Below are positions 25,766 to 34,513 of a stretch of DNA of 34,513 bases, piece after piece. The notes beneath the pieces are model-generated. The model had not been told where the DNA came from and made no database searches. It was given only the letters and a program-made list of their open reading frames with translations. Each line of letters begins with the position of its first letter. Within the stretch, counting starts at the first letter, position 1. The stretch lies in the NCBI GenBank assembly GCA_000165425.1, contig CT868083.1, forward strand, positions 1 to 34,513, given 5' to 3'. Source of the stretch: Paramecium tetraurelia. Its lineage: Eukaryota. The position numbers and the translations under genes were made by a program.

Positions 25766-28700
25766 ATGCCTATTTCTATCATTTATATCTTATTCACCTT
25801 GTTTGATGCTTCAAATTGTTAATGGGAAATAAATGAAAGCTTCTTATCTAATGATGAGATATTTACAACAAGCGGCGGATCAAGCTCAGAAAATTTTTTA
25901 TTGCCTTCAAGCTAAACTTCTGCAAATTTTATCACTTGTGCATCTCCATATACAAGCTACCTTACTTTAACTAATGCATATCCATCTGCTTGGACGCCAA
26001 ATAGATGCACTATTTATGATAGGGATTGGATATCTATGGATTTATATTTTTAGGGTACATGGTCTTCTCAATATGTTTAATTTACCATTGGCACATTTTC
26101 TTATTCATATACCTACATATCCCCTGCAAATTATCTATTAACAACCGGATTTTGTGATGCTACTCCTTTTTAAGTTAGAACTTTAAATTTTACACTAGCA
26201 ATAGCAGTAGGTAGTACTTATTCTTAATTGAAATTTACATCCTCTAATACAAATGCAGGTTTAGTTTCGATTAGAAATATCTTTGTCTCAAGTGTAAAAT
26301 GTTATCCATCATGTTATTCATGCACAGGTCCAAAATACAATTAATGTACAATCTGCCATTATGGGATCCAAACAAACAATATCTGTCCACCTTGTCCATC
26401 AAATTAATACTATTAGAAGGAGTAAGGATGCAGAGATATTTGTGATGTATTCTCTCCATTATACTAGAATGGATTTTGTTAAAGTTATCCAAGTATGTAT
26501 CTTTAATTAATATTAGTTGACATTATAGAAGGTAGTTATTTTACTGATCCAATCTATGATGACATTTTCAAATGGTCATTAATATATGATCCATAACATG
26601 TTGATACAACTCCAACTGCTATTATTATCGTTAATCATGTATTAGGAGTATTAAAATATAATTCAGGAGTTTATTAATATTTTAATTCACTTTTTACATA
26701 TTCTAATCTCCCCTATTTGATTGGATTGCAAATTACAATTATGCTTTTTAATGAAATTCCAATTAATTGTGGAATATAGTTTAAGATTAACAATACTTAT
26801 TATGGATCTATTTATAAAAATGCTTCGGGAATTCAAACCCATAAATTAAAAATCTCTGAACTATTAAATTATGGAATTGAATCAACATAAATGTATTTCA
26901 CTGTGTAATATGATTTAATTTTATATATTGACATTCCAAAATATGAATTTGTATTTTAAGCAATTGGAAACTATACGTAAATATAATTTTGTAGTTTAGA
27001 GATGGCACAGCAGGATGGGGATTAAGATCAGTCTATTTTACTTCAGGATATTGCTCTGAATATTGTAAATTGTGTGAAGTATCATTTAAATGTAAGACTT
27101 GTGAAAGTGGTTACTATTTTTATAGAGATGGTACTTGCATAGGCAGTTGCTCATATCCATATTAGAGATTGAGTGGTTCTTATTGCTATGATTATGATGA
27201 TGAAACACCTTGTATCATATAATATTATATTTAGACTCTTAATATTTAGTTTAAGAATATATGGATTAAACAGGCGATCCAGAATAATATGCAAAATATA
27301 AATTAATCTCTCAAAATGGATCGAACTTTTTAAAAGGTTCAGATATCTATTATTCATATTGGTAAAAATTTAGAGTCTTTGGAGGACCTATGGTATGGGC
27401 ATAAGCTAAATTCTAAAGGGTTCATAATATAAACAATCCACATCATAGTGTTACTATTGCATTTTATATTTTATATGGACCGTCATTCCCTTCAAATGGC
27501 AAATTTATATATACAATTGAAAGTAATACACCAGTTCCAAAATCAACTGCAGGTATTTATTTAATTAATTCTGATGGCTCAAGAAAAGATTAAATATATG
27601 AAAAAGTCCTTCATAATACTAATACATTCACAATTACTTGGGAATGCTTTGGACCTAATAATGAACCAATCAAGGCATATTTGTGGATTTTATAATTATT
27701 ATATTGCTGTTCATAATTGCTAACCTTATTGCTTATAATGCTCAGATTAATCTACATGTACTTCATGGAACAGCACTTATAATTCTAATATTGTTAAATT
27801 CTCTTAAGCAGGATGCTCGAGTAATCAATATTATGATAAAGAATCTGTAAGATGTTTAACTTGTCCATCATCCTGTTTAACTTGTACATCAAAACTAGAT
27901 TGTTATAACATGTTAATCAACTTATACCTAATCTAAATTAGGATGTACTTGCACAATCCATTAATATGAAGAATCAAATTAATGTTTTAGTTGTCCTATT
28001 GAGTGTAATTAATGCTTAAGTTCTACTTACTGTATAGAATGCTTTAACTACTAATAACAGATAATTATCCTAAGGAAATTGCAATTGTATTGATGGGTAT
28101 TATCCAATTATTTCAAATCCTAAATGCTAGCTATGTCATTTATTTTGTAAAACTTGTACTGGGCCAACTTCTGATGAATGTTTAACTTGCAATGCTATTT
28201 TGAATATTGAAAAAGTAGGATCAGTGTGTAGATGTCCAGGAGGGAAGTCTTATTAATATACAACAAAAACTTGTTCATCTTGTCATTCATCATGCTCAAC
28301 TTGCTTTAGAACCACAATTGATGGCTGTTTAACATGTAATTCTACTTTAAATAGATTATTAAAAGGGCTAAAATGTGTTTGTGCACCTGGTTATTATGAA
28401 TTAAGCATTGTTTGTACAAGTATATTTAATAATCATATTATAGGTTGTCCAATTTCAGAAAATTCCTCTCTTAGCGAATGTTATAAATAATGTAATAATA
28501 ATTAATTGATTTGGCATACTATAACTTGCAGTTCTTGTGATACTGGATTTCAATTAGTTATATGGAGAATGTCAACCTATTTGTGGAGATTTATAAATAA
28601 AAGGATATGAATAATGTGAAGATAATAATACACTCCTTCATGACTTATGCTATAATTGCTAATTTTAATGTCCAGCTTAATGTGTAACTTGTGATTCATC

Positions 28701-31700
28701 AACTACTTTACCTTGTCCTGATGTTTGTGGAGATGGAATTATTACAGGAGTGGAAGAAATGTGAAGATGGTAATACCATTTAATATGATGGGCTGTTTTA
28801 ATTGTAAATATTAATGTTAACCTGCATGTACAAAGTGTATAAAAGGACAATGTTTTGAGTGTGCAACTTAGGGTTGGTATATTGATCCATAAATTACTCC
28901 TTGGTAATGTAAAGAAAAATGTGGAGATGGGTTAATGATTGGAAGTGAATAATGTGAAGATAGAAACATTGATGATACAGATGGGTGCAAAGATTGTAAG
29001 TACTTCTGCAGAATTGGTTGTTCTTCTTGTAATTATGCAACAAAGACATGCTTAAGTTGTGCACTCCCTTGGGTTTGCTCCTAACTCTTACTATTGTCAA
29101 AATGTATGTGGAGATGGCCTAGTTGCAGTAGATCCTTCTGGGTTCTACTCAGAACAATGTGATGATGGTAATACAACTGAAAATGATGGTTGCAATAGCT
29201 CTTGTTAATTTTAGTGTTAGCCAACAACTATTTGCACAAGTTGTGTAAGTAATAGATGTGAAATATGCGCTACTGGATATTAACTTTCTAGTCAAAAAAT
29301 ATGTATACCAATTTGTGGAGATTCTATTAAAGTAATTGGTGAACAATGTGAGAAATCACTTATATTGCCCTACAAAGGATGTTCTAAATTGTTAAGCGAT
29401 ATGTTTATCTTCTTGCCTCTCTTGTAGTACTACAGGACTTGGTTGTCTATAATGTAAAAGTGGTTACAATAGAATTGATTATTTATGTTATTCTATCTGT
29501 GGTGATACTATTATAACTGAAGATGAATAATGTGATGATGGCAATTTGATTATTGGGGATGGATGCCATTTCTGTTAATTTAGTTGCTAGGACTCATGTC
29601 TTAATTGTCTTTAAGGAATCTGTTATGATTGCTAAGAAGGTTATTAATTAATATAATCTAAATGTTACTCTATTTGTGGAAATGGTCTTTAGAAAAATAA
29701 TGAATAATGTGAAATTAACACTTCATTAAAGATTTATCAAAATTGTTAATCTTGTAAATTTTTTTGTGATTTGAATTGTTTCTTGTGTTAACTTGGTATA
29801 TGTTAACAATGCAATGATGGATATGAATTATCCTCAAACAAATAATATTGTGTTAAGTCTCTATAATATAGTTTTATGATTATAGAAAACTGTCGTATTT
29901 AAATTGAGAATAGTTGCATTTAATGTTAAGTGTATGCCTACTTTATAAAAGCTGTGTAAAAGTGTAAATTAAGAATAGCGCCATTGAGTTTTTGTCAATA
30001 TTAACTTTAAGTATCACCAGATCTATATTGTGGTTACTGTTTTGATTATTGCACATCTTGTAATGAAAATAATTGTGTACTATGTTAAAATGGCTATTAT
30101 TTAGATGTAAATTATTCTTGTATTTCATTTTGTGGAGATGGAACATTAGCACATGATGAAAAATGCGAAATTTAAGATCAAAATTGCTTATATTGCATGT
30201 TTGACACTCCAAAATTCTGTAAATTATATTTTGAAGATCACTGTTTTGAATGCGAACATGGTTATTATCTTAATTATTATATTAATGCTTGTGAATCTTA
30301 ATGTGGAGACGGAATAATAGTTTATGATGAAGACTGTGAAGATAATAATTATATCGAATTTGATGGTTGTTATTATTGTAATTATTCTTGTAGTTAATAA
30401 TGTATAAATTGTATCAAAGGAGTATGTTAATAATGTGAGTAAAAATATTTGCTTAGAGATGGATTTTGTTATGGTTAACAAAATGCAATTGATTTATTTC
30501 CAGAATGCTAATTTAACTTAAATGGAATGTGTTTAATTTGCGTGGAAGATTATTTATTAAATGAGTGTGGTGATTGCATTCCTAGATGTTAAGAAAGTTG
30601 TATACATTGTTATAATGGTTAATGCTTTGCTTTGCGCAGAACAATATGAACTTTATAAGGATCGATGCTTGTTAATTTAGCAATGTTAAATAGGTTTGTA
30701 TTTGAATTAAGAGTTATAAATTTGCTAATCTTCATGTGGTGATGGATATGTAACTGAATGGGAATAATGCGATGATTAAAATATGGAATAATTTGATGGT
30801 TGCTATTAGTGCAAGTATGAATGTGATGATAATTGCATCGAATGCATATAAGGCGAATGCTTTCAATGTTCTTAAGAATTTAATATAGTCGAGAATAAAT
30901 GCTTATCAAAATGTGAAGACACATGCCTGAATTGTGTTTAAGGAGGATGTTAGTTATGCAGTAGTGGATATTTCTTGAATGAATATTTCATTTGCGTAAA
31001 AATAGGATGTGAATACGATTTTAGTTGTACTTCACACTGTGGAAATGGCATATTAGAAGATATGGAATAGTGTGATGATTAGAATCTATTTAATGATGAT
31101 GGTTGTAACAATTATTGTGAATAAACTTGTGATGTTAATTGTACAAGTTGTATTGATGGTGTTTGTTTTGAATGTAAAAAAGGGTGGAAATTGGGTTTAT
31201 ACCTATGTGATCCAATTTGTGGAGACTCATTTGTTTTTGGAAATGAAGAATGCGATGACGGAAATTAGACTAATTTTGATGGGTGTTTCTAATGTAAATA
31301 CTAATGTTCTCAATATTGTGAAAATTGCTTGAATGGAATATGTCAATCTTGTTAGCCTAATTATGAATTTGATTAATTCAGTAATTCTTGCAAACCAATT
31401 CAACCCTTGCTTACAATAAATGAATAGCCGAATTGTAAAATATTAAATAATAACTAATGCATATTTTGTTAACAGGGATATCTTGATTCATTTAAAAACT
31501 TATGTATAATTGATTTTAATATGAATAAATGCCCTAAAAATTGTAGGAAATGTGTGCTTTCCAAATGTTTAGAATGTGAATTTGGATATTATGGTAACAA
31601 GTGTATGCCTAAATGTGGAGATGGTATTATTGTTTTAGAAGAGGAATGTGACGACGGAAAGGAATTCTAATTAGATACTTGTTTACATTGTAAATAACAA

Positions 31701-33838
31701 TGTCTTCAATATTGTAAGACCTGTGTTTATGGAGTTTGTACAAATTGCATTTCCGGCTTCTATTTGGATATTGTAAGTAATTCATGTAACTCTGTTTGCA
31801 ATGATAAGATACAAGCAATGGATGAAGTTTGCGATGATGGCAATGACTTGAAATATGATGGTTGTTACTAGTGTAAATATTAATGCCAAATGGAGTGTTT
31901 AGATTGCTAATTTGGAAAGTGTACATTATGTGAACCACCTTTAATACTAACAAACGATATTTGTGCATAACTAAATTTATGTGATAATTTAAAAGGATTA
32001 TATTAAGATAATAATGGTATCGATTGTTTGCCACAATGTGGAGATGGTATTGTTGCAGGCAATGAATTTTGTGATGATAAGAATGATGTTCCTTTTGATG
32101 GATGTTATGAATGCAAATTTTAATGTTCATTATAATGTCTAATATGCAACAAAGGGGAATGTTTTTAATGCTACAATGACTATACCTTATAAAATAACTA
32201 ATGTTCGTTCTATAACAATACAAGTAGCAATGGTTAAAATCCTGAATAGTTGTCATTAAATGAAGATATGGTATGCAGAGGATATGAATGTGTATATTCT
32301 AAAAAACCCAGGATGAAACTATCTTATAAAATGTAATCCTTTGCTCTATAGTATGTTGAGATTACGTTTGATTAAGAAGTCAAATTTAGAGATTAGGTTT
32401 AAAAAGGCAAAAATCTATTTAACATAAGCATTAATGACATAGATTCTCAGTATTATAATATCACAATCAATTCAATTTAAGATATCTCATTTGATCTTTA
32501 ATATGCTTAGTATTAGGTTTAAGTTGAATTATTTTTACAGCTTTCAACAAAACCAGTTCTTTTAGTTTAGTTGAATCAAGAAATTATTAATGGAAATAAT
32601 TAAACACTTTTTCAAAGTAATTAATCAATTTCTCTATAAACACCAAAAATAATGTCTGAATAATTAAAATAAGTATCTATTTATGCTTAATAATCCAATA
32701 ATGCATTTATGATTGGAGCAATATTAATTTGTATAATATCTTTAGTTTCTGGTGAAAGTTCTTTTGTTGTTGAAACCTTGAATTTATTGTAATATCAATC
32801 TTTTTTAAGATTTATTAATGTTGAGTATCCTGAAAACCTCTATATATATTTTTAAGCATAAGAATTGCTATCTATATCATCTTATTTACAACTATTTTAA
32901 ATTGATGATTATTTAAATTTAATCACAAGAAAAGAAAAATAAATTGATCTAAACGGAAAATTTTAATAATATAATGTAGAAGCTGATCTTTTTACCAATA
33001 TTTTACCGCAATTAATTTAATGTTTAGTTTTGGTAATACTACTTTATTTTGCAGAAAATCTTTATAATATACTTTTTAGATTAAGTAAATATTTGAGACA
33101 TCTTGTACATGAAAAAACATTATAATCAAAAAATTTTATATATAATGATTAATTTAATACTGGTTTGCAAAAATTGCATTCAAATCATTGATGAAAACTA
33201 AATATTTATAGAATTATGATTAAATAATATAACTCATTTACGTTAATTCATGGGATTTGATATTTAAAGTGATTTTATAACTTCATTATATTCAAATGGA
33301 CAATTTGAGAAGCATTTTAAGTACTTTCTCTGCTAGTTTAATATTATTTGCTTGCATAAGCATACTATTAAAGTCTTTTAGTTTATGTAGCGATCCACAG
33401 GAAAAAAATATTATAGAATAGCTAGACATAAAATTTATAACTTTAGATATTTCCAGAACTCTCTTTTTCCATGTCGTCTTAATACTATTCTAAGAATAAT
33501 AAATTTTGCAATTCTTACTAATATCCTTGAGTAATATAGCTTAATGTTATATAATCTACCAATATAAATAATGCTCTTATATGAATAGGATTATATTCTT
33601 GACAATTGAAGGTGTTTTAACAGTATCTAGTTTAAGTTTATTTTTATATCTAGATGTTGGTCAGCTTTATTTTTCTTATGAGAACAAAATAACCTTAGGA
33701 TTTATTCATATGGGCTTGTTAATTATGAGCCTTGGAATAGTTTTTATAAAACAATTATTTCCAAAAATATAAAAAATTTGGAAGCTAATTTGTAAATAAA
33801 GGAAAGTAAATGTTGCAAGTAGTCAATTATTTTATTGA
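25766..33838 (+). CDS. Giant Cys-rich multi-pass membrane protein: signal peptide, furin-like and DUF4215/Myxococcus-type Cys repeats, roughly 9-TM C-terminus; many apparent +1 frameshifts
   Basis: Signal-like start MPISIIYILFTLFDASNCQW. CxxxCxxC repeats and CGDG..EQCDDGN...DGC repeats. C-terminal hydrophobic segments at 32700-33770. Introns at 26493-26516, 26977-26999, 27212-27234 and 28420-28443. TGA at 33836-33838. Confidence 0.85.
28580..32130 (+). repeat. About 15 coding repeats of the CG(D/N)G-x4-EQC(D/E)DGN-x4-DGC type
   Basis: tgtggagat/tgtggtgat/tgtggaaat-type starts near 28582, 28726, 28920, 29108, 29314, 29498, 29674, 30131, 30302, 30735, 31038, 31218, 31614, 31798 (variant) and 32037. 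Confidence 0.85.
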
Positions 33839-34147
33839 GTGATGAGAGATAACTAATTTTGAATATAAGATATGGTTATCAAATAAAATTATTAATAAAG
33901 AATAAAGTATTATAAATAAAAATATATTATTATCATTAAGGCTTCTAATGTTAATAATCTATAATTCTTTTCACTTCAATTATCAATTATTTTTTTTGAT
34001 AATCTAAGGCTCTTAGAGATCCAAATCGTATTCTTTATTGCACTTCTCAATATACTATTATATGTTCTTTATCTTAGCTCAAACTTTTAGGGTTGGCCCT
34101 TTATATAAGTAGGAGATAGTCCCATTAAAATGGCTGCGCAATTTTTT

Positions 34148-34178
34148 TTATGACTAAAACCTCTGAAAGTAGTCATAA
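34148..34178. repeat. Perfect 9-bp inverted repeat (TTATGACTA / TAGTCATAA) with 13-nt spacer
   Basis: Read directly: arms at 34148-34156 and 34170-34178. Confidence 0.8.
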
Positions 34179-34248
34179 CAAAATTGTGTGTTTGTGGAAA
34201 AAAATCGAAAAAAAAAAATCTAATATAGTCTGATTAAATTTATTTTTA

Positions 34249-34262
34249 AGAGAGAGAGAGAG
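34249..34262 (+). repeat. (AG)7 microsatellite
   Basis: Read directly from the sequence. Confidence 0.7.
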
Positions 34263-34442
34263 TAAGTATTTAGAGAATTATTTTCGTTTCCATATTTAGT
34301 AAAATCCTGGGTTTGGTTTTTGGAATCACGCAAAAATAGCCCTCTTAAACCATGAACGCGAAGGCAACGAATCCCGGCTCTCCTAGAGGAAGATACCCAT
34401 CTCAATATTTTTGCTTGCTAAGTAGGTGAAGGTGCCCCCCCC

Positions 34443-34510
34443 GGGTTTGGGTTCTGGGTTTGGGCTTGCGGTTTGGGTTTGGGTTTGGGGTATGGGTTTG
34501 GGTTTGGGTG
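34443..34510 (+). repeat. Telomeric repeat tract, mainly GGGTTT (Paramecium-type), marking a macronuclear chromosome end
   Basis: About 11 units, six of them perfect GGGTTT and the rest imperfect. The G-rich strand runs 5'->3' toward the end, as expected for a telomere. Confidence 0.9.
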
Positions 34511-34513
34511 AAA

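Noticed and set aside
3568..28443. Several 3n introns with no in-frame TGA (e.g. 3700-3726, 8165-8191, 26493-26516, 28420-28443)
   Set aside because: They are under-represented genome-wide in Paramecium but still common, and some may simply be coding. The sample is too small to be meaningful.
28580..32130. Periodic tgtggagat motifs as a CRISPR-like or non-coding array
   Set aside because: They are in-frame protein repeats with synonymous variation and irregular spacing.
26271..32256. Minus-strand ORFs of the track, including the 209-aa His-rich ORF at 31627-32256
   Set aside because: They are antisense shadows of the Cys/Asp-rich + strand gene: TGT/GAT-rich repeats give CAT/CAC/ACA on the other strand.
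34150..34178. SECIS-like look (ATGA...AAA loop) of the subtelomeric hairpin
   Set aside because: ATGA pairs Watson-Crick with TCAT rather than forming the GA/GA quartet, the stem spacing is wrong, and no selenoprotein lies upstream.
34220..34405. 61-aa minus-strand ORF next to the telomere
   Set aside because: It is short, has no recognisable motif, spans a microsatellite, and lies in probably low-quality terminal sequence.

Overview
AT-rich ciliate macronuclear DNA, most likely Paramecium. TAA/TAG read as Gln and only TGA stops, introns are 22-29 nt GT(A)..AG, and GGGTTT-type telomere repeats close the right end. The supplied standard-code ORF track therefore shows only fragments or antisense noise. 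Bases 1-21.5 kb are very compact: the 3' part of a probable GPI-anchored surface protein, two hypothetical genes, a TVP15/COPI-associated membrane protein, an AGC kinase, DENND6, APC1 and VPS13. The rest is subtelomeric: a weak ORF, a truncated and decayed P5B-type ATPase carrying a TA-bounded 25-bp insertion, an 8-kb Cys-rich receptor-like gene with a roughly 9-TM C-terminus and many +1 frameshifts, an atypical stretch with a hairpin, and the telomere. All family calls come from hand translation and recognised motifs; no database search was run.
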